Assembly: GCA_024763355.1 (NCBI GenBank)
Contig: JANTFR010000001.1
Location: forward strand, 6,259 to 70,258
Source: Anaerolineales bacterium
GTDB lineage: Bacteria; Chloroflexota; Anaerolineae; Anaerolineales; DRKV01
Length of the DNA stretch: 64,000 nt
Reading direction: 5' to 3'
Each line of letters begins with the position of its first letter. Position 1 is the first letter of the stretch. The position numbers and the translations under genes are program-made. Shown in pieces: positions 35,366 through 43,885 of this stretch. The notes under the pieces are model-generated. The model was not told the DNA's origin. It saw nothing but the letters and a program-made list of their open reading frames with translations, and did not search any database.

Positions 35366-36391
35366 TCAGCCGGCTCGGCTGCCTTCCACCTGCCCGGCAA
35401 GACGCAGTCGCGGCATATCCAGCAGAAGCGTTTCGACGGTCAACCTGGGGTTGACGTATTTTTCCAGGCGCTCGATGGCACGCTGTACCGCCCGCACACA
35501 TTCCCCGCTTGTCTCGAACGTTATCTGTGCGGCAATGCTGCGGACTGCTTCCGCGTAATCCAGATTGGTGATGGGGACTTCCGCTCCGCTGGTGACGAAG
35601 AAAACATCCCGCCAGAAAGAGAGCCAGGCACGGAGCGCTCCCGGCAGCGTAGAGCGGTCTTTGGCGAGACGCTCGGCGACGGCGAAACGCTCCACGCGGG
35701 GAGCGGGCAGCAACGCGAGCAGGGTTTCGATGGATTGGCGGCGGTCTTCCATCAAGGACGGGTCTTCCAGCAGGCGGAGGGCAAAGCCGGGGCGTCCTTC
35801 GCTGATGTGAGCAGCAAGACGGGCTTCTTCAGCGGGGATGTCTCGAAGGGCCGCTATCCCCTGGGCAACGGTATCCACCGGAAGAGGGCGCAGCCGCAAG
35901 ATTTCACAACGGGAGGCAATCGTGGGGAGCAGGGATTCCGCATCGCTGGCGGTCATCAGGGCAATCACATTGGGCGGCGGTTCTTCCAGCGTTTTGAGCA
36001 AGGCGTTAGCCGCGCTGGGATGGGCTTCTTCAAAACGCAGCAGAAGGGCGATTTTGTAAGGCGCTTCGTAAGGGGCCAGGGAAAGGCCGCGCTGCAAATC
36101 CCGGATTTGTTCCACTTTGAGCGTGCCGCCGGCGCGCTCGGCCTGGACGATGTACAGGTCAGGGTGCTGCATGGCGGCAATCTGCCGACAGGCGCGGCAC
36201 GTTCCACAGGGCACGCCGGGGGCGAGGGGCGCGGTGCAGTTGAGCGCCTGGGCAAAACGCAGCGCCAGCGTGCGGCGGCCTACTCCCGGAGGGCCGGTAA
36301 ACAGGTAGGCGTGCCGCACGTTATCATGCCGGATGTGCGCTTGCAGGAGGCGGACAGCCCAGGTGTGTCCGATGAGATTCCAGGCATTCAT
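35366..36391 (-). CDS. holB: DNA polymerase III delta-prime subunit
   Basis: HAYLFTGPPGVGRRTLALRFAQALNC and the zinc module CGTCRACRQI. Confidence 0.85.
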   Translation of the reverse strand: MNAWNLIGHTWAVRLLQAHIRHDNVRHAYLFTGPPGVGRRTLALRFAQALNCTAPLAPGVPCGTCRACRQIAAMQHPDLYIVQAERAGGTLKVEQIRDLQRGLSLAPYEAPYKIALLLRFEEAHPSAANALLKTLEEPPPNVIALMTASDAESLLPTIASRCEILRLRPLPVDTVAQGIAALRDIPAEEARLAAHISEGRPGFALRLLEDPSLMEDRRQSIETLLALLPAPRVERFAVAERLAKDRSTLPGALRAWLSFWRDVFFVTSGAEVPITNLDYAEAVRSIAAQITFETSGECVRAVQRAIERLEKYVNPRLTVETLLLDMPRLRLAGQVEGSRAG

Positions 36392-36460
36392 GAGGGGAAA
36401 GAGGGTAGCGTGAACCCCCGCGAGGCTTTGCCGTCTCGCGGGGGCTCACAGGGAAGAAGG

Positions 36461-37417
36461 TCAACTTTCGGAGGTAATTTTGGCGGCCTTGCGCTTGCGC
36501 CGCCAGCGGATGATGCCGCGCACGATGAGGTAAATGGGCAGCAAGATGACTACGCCAACGGGAATGGCGTACAGCGCCAGCCAGATGAGTACATCCACGA
36601 TGTTCTGGTAAGTTTTCAACAGGGCGCGGATGGCTTCTTTGGCGACCCCGCTCGGCTCCCAGCCGCCGATAGAGATGGGCTGCACAGCGGCATCGGCAAT
36701 CAAATCCACGCTGATGGCGGAGAGCGCCGAAGACTGCTCCAGGTATTGCATGCGCCCCTTGATGACCTCAATTTCCTGGCGCACGTTGGTCAATTCCTGA
36801 TAAACCCGCAGCACATCCTCGGTTTTGTAGGCCTCCTCCATGATTTTTTGCAACTGGGCTTCGGCGGCTTCCAGGTTGCGCAGGCGGGAGTTCAGGTCGG
36901 TGTATTCGCTGGTGACATCCTGGCTGGAGATGTCTTCCCGCAAAGGCAATTGGTCGCTGTGGGCTTTGATTTGCTCCAGGGCATCGTTGAGTTTCTCGGC
37001 AGGGACGCGCACAGTGATGGAGGCTCGCGGCACTTTGACGCCGCCTTCCAGGGTTGTCTGATACAGGTTGGCGCTGACCACGTAGCCGCCCATGCTCTCT
37101 GCCATCTGACCGATAGCATCCATCACAGCAGGCGGGTCTTCCACGACCAGTTGCAGGTCGGCGTTCTTGATGACCAGACGCTCGACGGAGGGGGCGGCGG
37201 CATCGGCGGCGAAATCACCTTCGCCGGTTTCCGGGAAGGCCATCGGCGCAGGGGCGGCTTCCTCGGCGTAGGAGGGCGCTCCCATACCTCCGACGGTCTT
37301 CCCAGTAGGCATCTCCACGACGCCGGGGTATACCGCTTCCTGGTTGGCGGAGCGGGCAGCGCAGGCGCTCAGGGTAAGAGCAAGCAATACAAGCGCAACA
37401 GTGATACGTTTCCACAT
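36461..37417 (-). CDS. DUF4349-type lipoprotein (coiled-coil, C-terminal TM helices)
   Basis: Lipobox LALTLSAC after the internal start MWKRITVAL; TSEYTDLNSRLRNLEAAEAQLQKIMEEA; two C-terminal TM helices. The layout matches my memory of DUF4349. Confidence 0.65.
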   Translation of the reverse strand: MWKRITVALVLLALTLSACAARSANQEAVYPGVVEMPTGKTVGGMGAPSYAEEAAPAPMAFPETGEGDFAADAAAPSVERLVIKNADLQLVVEDPPAVMDAIGQMAESMGGYVVSANLYQTTLEGGVKVPRASITVRVPAEKLNDALEQIKAHSDQLPLREDISSQDVTSEYTDLNSRLRNLEAAEAQLQKIMEEAYKTEDVLRVYQELTNVRQEIEVIKGRMQYLEQSSALSAISVDLIADAAVQPISIGGWEPSGVAKEAIRALLKTYQNIVDVLIWLALYAIPVGVVILLPIYLIVRGIIRWRRKRKAAKITSES

Positions 37418-37556
37418 GGCGATTCTCTCCTTGTTTGTGACCCCATCCGGGCAAGGGAGGGGTGCGTTGATTGTACCAGTGTTTGTCATAACGCAAGGGA
37501 GCAGGAAAGAGTTCCCGGCGGCAATTCGGAGACACAGATGAGTACAGATGTTTTGT

Positions 37557-37606
37557 TTCGTGCCCATTCGTGTTTCTTCGTGTCCATTCGTGGACATTCG
37601 TGGACA
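37557..37606 (+). repeat. 5 x decamer array TTCGTGNNCA directly upstream of the pcrA -10 box
   Basis: TTCGTGCCCA TTCGTGTTTC TTCGTGTCCA TTCGTGGACA TTCGTGGACA, then CGTGC-TATAAT. Confidence 0.9.
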
Positions 37607-37611
37607 CGTGC

Positions 37612-37617
37612 TATAAT
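37612..37617 (+). promoter_or_regulatory. -10 box TATAAT 9 nt upstream of the pcrA ATG (near-leaderless transcript predicted)
   Basis: GCTATAATCACCGCGCTATG; no SD is possible in the 9-nt gap. Confidence 0.5.
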
Positions 37618-37626
37618 CACCGCGCT

Positions 37627-39783
37627 ATGGACATCCTGGCAGGTCTCAACATTCAACAGCAGCAGGCCGTCACCGCCGGGCTGGGCCCCGTCATCGTGCT
37701 TGCCGGCCCCGGTTCCGGCAAAACGCGCGTCCTCACCCACCGCATCGCCTACCTGATTGGCTATCTGGGGGCGCGCCCCTACAACATCCTGGCGGTGACC
37801 TTCACCAACAAGGCTGCCCGAGAGATGAACCGCCGGGTAGAAGACCTGCTCGGCGGACAGACGCGCGGCCTGACGGTGGGTACGTTTCACGCCTTCTGCG
37901 CCCGTCTGCTGCGCCGCGAGGCCGAACACTTGCCCGTGGACGCCAATTACGTCATCTTCGACGCCGACGACCAGATTGGACTCGTCAAACAGGCCCTCAA
38001 AGACCTCAATCTGGATGACAAACGCTACCGTCCCTACGGGGTGCACGCCGCCATCTCCAACGCCAAGAACGAATTGCGCGGTCCGGACGAATATCCGGTG
38101 CAAAATTACCGCGATGAAGTCGTCCGCCGCGTCTACGAGCAGTACCAGAAATTGCTCCTTGCCAGCAACGCCGTGGATTTCGACGACCTGCTGCTTTACA
38201 CCGCCCGTCTGCTGGAAATGCACCCCGCGGTGCGCGAGCGCTACGCCCGCCGCTTCGAGCACGTCCTGGTGGACGAATTTCAGGACACCAACATGGCGCA
38301 ATACAGCCTCCTGCGCCATCTGGCCTCCTTCCACGGCAACATTTTCGTGGTGGGTGACGCCGACCAGTCCATTTACCGCTGGCGGGGCGCAGATTACCGC
38401 AACGTGCTGCGCTTCGAGAAGGACTACCCCGACGCCCAGGTAATTTTGCTGGAACAAAACTACCGTTCCACGCAGACCATTTTAGACGTAGCGATGGCGG
38501 TCATTGACCAGAATCCGCACCGCACCCCCAAGAAACTCTTTACCGACCGCGGCAGCGGCCTTCCCGTGACCATCAAGGAAATCGCCACCGACCGCCAGGA
38601 AGCCCAGTACGTCATCGAGACGATTGCCTCCCTGATTGCCCGCCACAAGGCACAGCCCGGCGATTTCGCCGTCATGTACCGCACCAACGCCCAATCCCGT
38701 ATTTTGGAGGAAACCTTCCTGCAGGCCGGCCTGCCCTACAAAATCGTGGGGGCGCAGCGTTTCTACGGACGGCGGGAAATCAAGGACATGATTGCCTACC
38801 TGCGGCTGGTGCACAATCCGCACGATGAAGTCAGCCTGATGCGCGTCATCAACGTGCCTCGCCGCGGCATCGGGGCAAAAACCGTCGCCGCTTTGCGGAC
38901 TGCGGCGCAGAAGGCCGGCCTCTCGATGGGCGCGCTGCTTTTAGAACTGGCGCAGAACCCCGAATCGCCCCACGCGGCGGCCTTCAGCGGACGCGCCCTG
39001 GGACTGTTGCGCGCTTTTGGCGATGCTCTCGCCTCCTGGCGCGCCGCCGGCCTCTCCCCCCGCCCCCTGCTGGACCGCATTCTGGACGACATTGACTACC
39101 GTCCCTACATTGACGACGGCTCCGACGAAGGCTACAGCCGCTGGGAGAACGTGATGGAATTGCGCCGCCTGGCCGCCGAGCAGGACGAAGCCGGACTGGA
39201 AGCCTTTCTGGAGCAAATTGCCCTCGTCGCCGACCAGGATACCCTCGACGAAAAGAGCAACGTCCCTACCCTGCTGACCTTCCACGCCGCCAAAGGGTTG
39301 GAGTTTCCGATTGTCTTTCTCGTCGGCCTCAACGACGGCATCCTGCCTCACCGTCGTTCCTTCGACGACCCCGAAGCCATGATGGAGGAACGCCGTCTGT
39401 TCTACGTGGGAATCACCCGCGCCAAAGACCGCCTTTATCTGCTCTATTCGGAGGAGCGCTACACTTACGGATATCCCGATTACGCCGAACCATCCCGTTT
39501 TTTGGCGGATATCCCCGAAGATTTGCTCACCGATGGGAAAAAGAGAACCTCCCGCGGCCCGCGGCGGGCGCGGCAAACCCGTTGGGAATCCTCCTCCAAA
39601 AAATCCCGCCCTCCCTCCAAGCCCCGCTACGCTGCCGGTCAGCGGGTGCGGCATCCCAAATTCGGGGAGGGTCTCATCCTCAGCACCCGTCTCGACGGCG
39701 AAGACGAAATCCTGGATGTCTTCTTCGAGAACGTCGGCATGAAGCGCGTCATCGCCTCCCTGGCGCGTCTCGAAAGCGTCTAA
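37627..39783 (+). CDS. pcrA: ATP-dependent DNA helicase PcrA/UvrD
   Basis: LNIQQQQAVTAGLGPVIVLAGPGSGKTRVLTHRIAYL, VDEFQDTN, YRSTQTIL, VTFHAAKGLEFPIVFL, LFYVGITRAK. Start at the internal MDILAGL. Confidence 0.9.
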   Translation: MDILAGLNIQQQQAVTAGLGPVIVLAGPGSGKTRVLTHRIAYLIGYLGARPYNILAVTFTNKAAREMNRRVEDLLGGQTRGLTVGTFHAFCARLLRREAEHLPVDANYVIFDADDQIGLVKQALKDLNLDDKRYRPYGVHAAISNAKNELRGPDEYPVQNYRDEVVRRVYEQYQKLLLASNAVDFDDLLLYTARLLEMHPAVRERYARRFEHVLVDEFQDTNMAQYSLLRHLASFHGNIFVVGDADQSIYRWRGADYRNVLRFEKDYPDAQVILLEQNYRSTQTILDVAMAVIDQNPHRTPKKLFTDRGSGLPVTIKEIATDRQEAQYVIETIASLIARHKAQPGDFAVMYRTNAQSRILEETFLQAGLPYKIVGAQRFYGRREIKDMIAYLRLVHNPHDEVSLMRVINVPRRGIGAKTVAALRTAAQKAGLSMGALLLELAQNPESPHAAAFSGRALGLLRAFGDALASWRAAGLSPRPLLDRILDDIDYRPYIDDGSDEGYSRWENVMELRRLAAEQDEAGLEAFLEQIALVADQDTLDEKSNVPTLLTFHAAKGLEFPIVFLVGLNDGILPHRRSFDDPEAMMEERRLFYVGITRAKDRLYLLYSEERYTYGYPDYAEPSRFLADIPEDLLTDGKKRTSRGPRRARQTRWESSSKKSRPPSKPRYAAGQRVRHPKFGEGLILSTRLDGEDEILDVFFENVGMKRVIASLARLESV

Positions 39784-39798
39784 ACTCCTGCATTCACC

Positions 39799-40296
39799 AT
39801 GTCTCCCGTCCTGCCTCCCAACGCCCTGGAAGTCATCAGCCACAGCGCCGAACAGACCCGCCGCGTAGGTGTGCGCCTGGGAACTTTGCTGCAAGCCGGC
39901 GACCTGATTTGTCTCCACGGCGACCTGGGCACGGGCAAGACGACCTTCGTGCAAGGCGTGGCCCGCGGCTGGGGCGCATACGACCCGGTGACCAGCCCGA
40001 CTTTTGTGCTCATCAACGTCTATCGCCGCACCGATGGCGGACAATTGTTCCACGTGGATGCCTACCGTCTCAGCGGCCCGCAAGAAGCCTGGGACCTCGA
40101 CCTGGATGCCTATCTGGAGCGCGGCCCCCTGGTGGTGGAGTGGGCGGAGCGCATTGACGAGGCCCTCCCCGCCGAGCGTCTAGACGTGGCCTTCACCTGG
40201 CGGGACGACACGCAACGCGACTTGCTTCTCACCGCCCGCGGCTCGCATTACGAAACCCTGCTCACCGAACTCCGTCGCCGCACCTTTGGGAGGTAG
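39799..40296 (+). CDS. tsaE: tRNA t6A37 biosynthesis ATPase TsaE
   Basis: LHGDLGTGKTTFVQGVARG and SPTFVLINVY, characteristic of TsaE/YjeE. Confidence 0.85.
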   Translation: MSPVLPPNALEVISHSAEQTRRVGVRLGTLLQAGDLICLHGDLGTGKTTFVQGVARGWGAYDPVTSPTFVLINVYRRTDGGQLFHVDAYRLSGPQEAWDLDLDAYLERGPLVVEWAERIDEALPAERLDVAFTWRDDTQRDLLLTARGSHYETLLTELRRRTFGR

Positions 40297-40416
40297 ACGA
40301 CAGACCACAGACCACGGACGACAGACGACAGACCGCGGACGACGGGCGACAAACCACGCGACCACCCGACCACCCGACTACCTGACCACGCGACTACCCG
40401 ACCACCCGACTACCTC
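40297..40416 (+). repeat. Micro-repeat array filling the entire tsaE-tsaB spacer (9 x 7-mer GACSACR, then 7 x 8-mer CNGACYAC)
   Basis: GACGACA GACCACA GACCACG GACGACA GACGACA GACCGCG GACGACG GGCGACA AACCACG, then CGACCAC CCGACCAC CCGACTAC CTGACCAC GCGACTAC CCGACCAC CCGACTAC CTCCC-ATG. Confidence 0.9.
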
Positions 40417-40418
40417 CC

Positions 40419-41087
40419 ATGCTCCTTGCCCTCGACACATCCACCCGTTATAGCGGCATCGCCCTGTACGCAGAGGGGCGCGTCCTGCTGGAGCACACCT
40501 GGCAGAGCGCCCACTACCACACCCGCCACCTGGCCCCGGCGGTGGAGGGAGCCTTGTCCATAGTCGGGGCGCAGCCCGCCGACCTGAAGGGCATCGTTGT
40601 GGCGCTCGGCCCCGGCTCCTTCACCGGACTGCGTATCGGGCTGGCATTCGGCAAAGGGCTGGCGCTGGCGCGGCACATCCCGATTGTCGGCATCTCCACC
40701 CTGGATTTCCTCGCCGCCGCCCAGATGCCCTCGGAATTGCCTCTCCTGGCAGTTTTGCGGGCCGGCAGAGGACGCTACTCCCTGGGCGAATATCGCTGGG
40801 AGAATGGGGGCTGGCATCCCGCCGGCGCTTTGAGCGTTCTCACCCTCCCGGAACTGACCCGGCGCGCCCAATCTCCCTGCGTGATATGCGGGGAATTTCC
40901 GCCAGAAGCGCGTCAAACCTTGCGGAAGGAAGCCCCGCAAGCGCGGCTGGTCTCTCCGGCCGCATCCCTGCGCCGCCCGGCCTACCTCGCCGAACTCGGC
41001 TGGCAGCGCCTCCGGAACGGCGAACGCGACGACCCCGTGACCCTCGCCCCCATCTACCTGCACTTCCCGACCGCGGGCAAAGGATGA
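40419..41087 (+). CDS. tsaB: tRNA t6A37 biosynthesis protein TsaB
   Basis: MLLALDTSTRYSGIALY... and VVALGPGSFTGLRIGLAFGKGLA. Confidence 0.85.
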   Translation: MLLALDTSTRYSGIALYAEGRVLLEHTWQSAHYHTRHLAPAVEGALSIVGAQPADLKGIVVALGPGSFTGLRIGLAFGKGLALARHIPIVGISTLDFLAAAQMPSELPLLAVLRAGRGRYSLGEYRWENGGWHPAGALSVLTLPELTRRAQSPCVICGEFPPEARQTLRKEAPQARLVSPAASLRRPAYLAELGWQRLRNGERDDPVTLAPIYLHFPTAGKG

Positions 41088-41109
41088 TGGACAATAGGCG
41101 GTGGACGGT

Positions 41110-41181
41110 GAACCAATGCAACCGATACAACCGATGTAACCAATGCAACCAATGCAACCAATCCAACCGATGCAACCACCT
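41110..41181 (+). repeat. 8 x 9-mer array (C/G/T)AACC(A/G)AT(G/A/C) in the tsaB-rimI spacer
   Basis: GAACCAATG CAACCGATA CAACCGATG TAACCAATG CAACCAATG CAACCAATC CAACCGATG CAACCACCT, preceded by GGCGGTGGACGGT. Contains several in-frame ATGs. Confidence 0.9.
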
Positions 41182-41199
41182 CCCCCCACCATCCGCCCC

Positions 41200-41688
41200 A
41201 TGACCGTCGAAGACATTCCGCAAGTGATGGCGGTGGACGAAGCCTCCTTCGCCATGCCCTGGCCGGAGCACGCTTACAAATTCGAGGTGCTGGAGAATCG
41301 CGTCTCCGTCGCCCTGGTAGCCGAAGCGCCGGAGAGCGGCCAGGTCATTGGTATGGTGGTGGTATGGGTCTTGCTCGACGAAGCGCACATCGCCACCATT
41401 GGCGTTCATCCCGCCTGGCGTCGCCGCGGCCTGGGAAGGCTACTGCTGGCCTCCGCTCTCATCGAGAGCATTCGGCGCGGGGCGACGACGGCAACCCTGG
41501 AAGTGCGGGTCAGCAACGAACCGGCTCAGGCGCTCTATCGCCAGTTCGGATTCGAGGTAGTGGGACGCCGACCCCGCTACTACAACGATAACAACGAAGA
41601 CGCCCTCCTGATGACCGCTTCCTCGCTGGACGAAACCTTCCTGCGCCAACAAACGGAGGCCCTGCCCTCCTCGATGGACTTTCGGTAG
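41200..41688 (+). CDS. rimI: Ribosomal-protein-alanine N-acetyltransferase (GNAT)
   Basis: IRPMTVEDIPQVMAVDEASF and the acetyl-CoA motif VHPAWRRRGLGRLLL. The start is ambiguous: in-frame ATGs at 41143, 41152, 41170 and 41200, the first three inside the repeat array. Confidence 0.75.
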   Translation: MTVEDIPQVMAVDEASFAMPWPEHAYKFEVLENRVSVALVAEAPESGQVIGMVVVWVLLDEAHIATIGVHPAWRRRGLGRLLLASALIESIRRGATTATLEVRVSNEPAQALYRQFGFEVVGRRPRYYNDNNEDALLMTASSLDETFLRQQTEALPSSMDFR

Positions 41689-41743
41689 TATTCACCCGCC
41701 TGTATCCCATCTGCGTCATCTGTGTTCCCCCGGAGGCTGTTCC

Positions 41744-42358
41744 ATGACCCCTGAAGAAATTTTGCAGCAAGTCGCCCAGGAAGTGTCTGTCTGCACGCGC
41801 TGCCCTCTCCACCATTCCCGCAAAAACCCCGTCCCCGGCGAAGGCCCTGCCGATGCCGACATCATGCTGATTGGCGAAGGCCCCGGCTTCCACGAGAACG
41901 AGCAGGGACGCCCCTTCGTAGGGGCTTCCGGCAGATTTCTGGAGCAACTGCTGGCGAGTATCGGTCTCAAACGCGAAGATGTTTTCATCGCCAACGTAGT
42001 CAAATGCCGTCCGCCGGGCAACCGCGACCCCCAGCCCGAAGAACTGGCGGCCTGCGCGCCCTATCTCGACCGCCAGATTGAGGCCATCAATCCCAAAGTG
42101 ATTGTCACCCTGGGACGTTTCTCGATGGCGAAATTCATCCCCAACGCCCGCATCAGCCGCATCCACGGGCAGCCGCATCGCGTCGAGGGACGGCTGGTTG
42201 TCCCCATGTTCCATCCCGCCGCCGCGCTCCACCAACCCCGTTGGCGCCCTCTCATCGAAGAGGACTTTGCTCGCCTGCCGGAACTGATTGCCGCCGTGGA
42301 AAAGGAACGCCTCGCCGCGGAGCCTCCGCCCGAACCGAAACAACTTTCCCTGTTTTAG
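41744..42358 (+). CDS. Family-4 uracil-DNA glycosylase (Fe-S)
   Basis: CTRCPLH..., GEGPGFHENEQGRPFVG, VKCRPPGNRDP, HPAAAL. Confidence 0.85.
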   Translation: MTPEEILQQVAQEVSVCTRCPLHHSRKNPVPGEGPADADIMLIGEGPGFHENEQGRPFVGASGRFLEQLLASIGLKREDVFIANVVKCRPPGNRDPQPEELAACAPYLDRQIEAINPKVIVTLGRFSMAKFIPNARISRIHGQPHRVEGRLVVPMFHPAAALHQPRWRPLIEEDFARLPELIAAVEKERLAAEPPPEPKQLSLF

Positions 42359-42384
42359 GGAGACGCCGGGCGACAATGCCCTGT

Positions 42385-42452
42385 GAACCAATGAACCAAT
42401 GCAACTAATGCAACCGATGCAACTAATGAACTAATGAACTAACCAACCAATG
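42385..42452 (+). repeat. 8-/9-mer array (G/C)AAC(C/T)AATG running into the dehydrogenase start codon
   Basis: GAACCAATG AACCAATG CAACTAATG CAACCGATG CAACTAATG AACTAATG AACTAACC AACCAATG-AACCAA. The ATG at 42450 is part of the last unit. Confidence 0.9.
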
Positions 42453-43763
42453 AACCAAACTACGCTCCTCTCCAAAATCCAATCCAAAGACCTGCGCATC
42501 GTCGTGCTCGGCATGGGATACGTTGGCCTGCCGCTAGCGATGGTCTTTGCCGAGGCCGGTTTCGACGTCACCGGCGTTGACCCCATCGAAGAAAAAGTCG
42601 CCCGCCTCAATCGCGGCGAGAGTTACGTCAAGGATGTCCCCTCGGAGCAGGTCGCCCGCTGGGTGCAGGCCGGCACTTTTCGCGCCACCGCCGATTTCTC
42701 CGTCATCCGGGAGGCTGACGCGGTCAGCATCTGCGTCCCTACCCCGTTGCGGAAGACCGGCGACCCCGATTTGTCATTCATCATCTCGGCCACGGACGAA
42801 CTGGCGCGCTACGTCCACCCCGGCATGGTAGTCGTCCTGGAATCCACCACCTACCCCGGCACCACCCGCGAGATTCTGCTCCCCAAACTGGAAGCATCTG
42901 CCAATTTGAAAGTGGGCGAAAACTTCTTCCTGGCCTTCTCCCCGGAGCGCGTCGACCCCGGACGCGAGGACTGGACGACGGTCAACACCCCCAAAGTGAT
43001 GGGCGGCATCACCCCCGCCTGCACCGAAGTGGCCTCCGCCTGGTACGGACAGGCCATCCAGACCGTCGTGCCGGTCACTTCCGCCGAGGTAGCCGAAATG
43101 GCAAAACTGCTCGAAAACACCTTCCGGATGATAAACATCGGGCTGGTCAACGAACTGGCGCTGATGTGCGACCGTCTGGGCGTGGACGTGTGGGAAGTCA
43201 TTGAAGCCGCGGCCACCAAACCCTTCGGCTTCATGAAGTTCACCCCAGGCCCCGGCCTGGGCGGGCACTGCATCCCCATTGACCCGCTCTACCTCTCGTG
43301 GAAACTGCGCTCCCTCAACTACACCGCCAAATTCATCGAACTGGCATCCGAAATCAACACCGGCATGCCGCGCTACGTGGTCGGCAAGGTGCAGGACGCC
43401 CTCAACGAACATCGCAAACCGCTCAAAGGCAGCCGCGTGCTCGTTTTGGGGGCGGCTTACAAGCCCGATATTGACGACCTGCGCGAATCTCCCGCCCTGG
43501 ATGTGATTGGTCTCCTGGCGCAGAAGGGCGCCGAGGTCTCTTACCACGACCCCTACATCCCCCACTTCCGGCACGACGGCTTCACCATGCGCTCGGTGGA
43601 CGACCTGATGGAGGCGGTACACGCCGCCGACTGCGTGGTGATTGTCACCAACCACAGCGACTACGATTACGCCGCCATTCTGGAAAACGCCCGCCTCATC
43701 GTGGATACCCGCAACGCCCTCGGCCCCGCCGGGCGCAACAACCCCAAAGTAATCCGTCTCTGA
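42450..43763 (+). CDS. Nucleotide-sugar dehydrogenase (UDP-GlcNAc/ManNAc 6-dehydrogenase, WbpA/WecC-like)
   Basis: IVVLGMGYVGLPLAMVFAEAG, ICVPTPL, SPERVDPG, GLGGHCIPIDP. Confidence 0.85.
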   Translation: MNQTTLLSKIQSKDLRIVVLGMGYVGLPLAMVFAEAGFDVTGVDPIEEKVARLNRGESYVKDVPSEQVARWVQAGTFRATADFSVIREADAVSICVPTPLRKTGDPDLSFIISATDELARYVHPGMVVVLESTTYPGTTREILLPKLEASANLKVGENFFLAFSPERVDPGREDWTTVNTPKVMGGITPACTEVASAWYGQAIQTVVPVTSAEVAEMAKLLENTFRMINIGLVNELALMCDRLGVDVWEVIEAAATKPFGFMKFTPGPGLGGHCIPIDPLYLSWKLRSLNYTAKFIELASEINTGMPRYVVGKVQDALNEHRKPLKGSRVLVLGAAYKPDIDDLRESPALDVIGLLAQKGAEVSYHDPYIPHFRHDGFTMRSVDDLMEAVHAADCVVIVTNHSDYDYAAILENARLIVDTRNALGPAGRNNPKVIRL

Positions 43764-43767
43764 CCCC

Positions 43768-43872
43768 CCGTCACCCACCGCCCACCGCCCACCGTCAGCC
43801 CTTCAGCCGTCAGGCGTCAGGCATCAGCTACCGTCCACCGTCTACCATCAACCCTTCACCATTCAGCCACTC
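43768..43872 (+). repeat. About 15 x heptamer array (CCCACCG / GTCAGGC / ACCGTCY / ACCMTTC families) filling the dehydrogenase-epimerase spacer
   Basis: CCCGTCA CCCACCG CCCACCG CCCACCG TCAGCCC TTCAGCC GTCAGGC GTCAGGC ATCAGCT ACCGTCC ACCGTCT ACCATCA ACCCTTC ACCATTC AGCCACT. The complement of 43764-43790 fits a G3+N4 x4 quadruplex pattern. Confidence 0.9.
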
Positions 43873-43885
43873 TCCGGAGTTTTCC

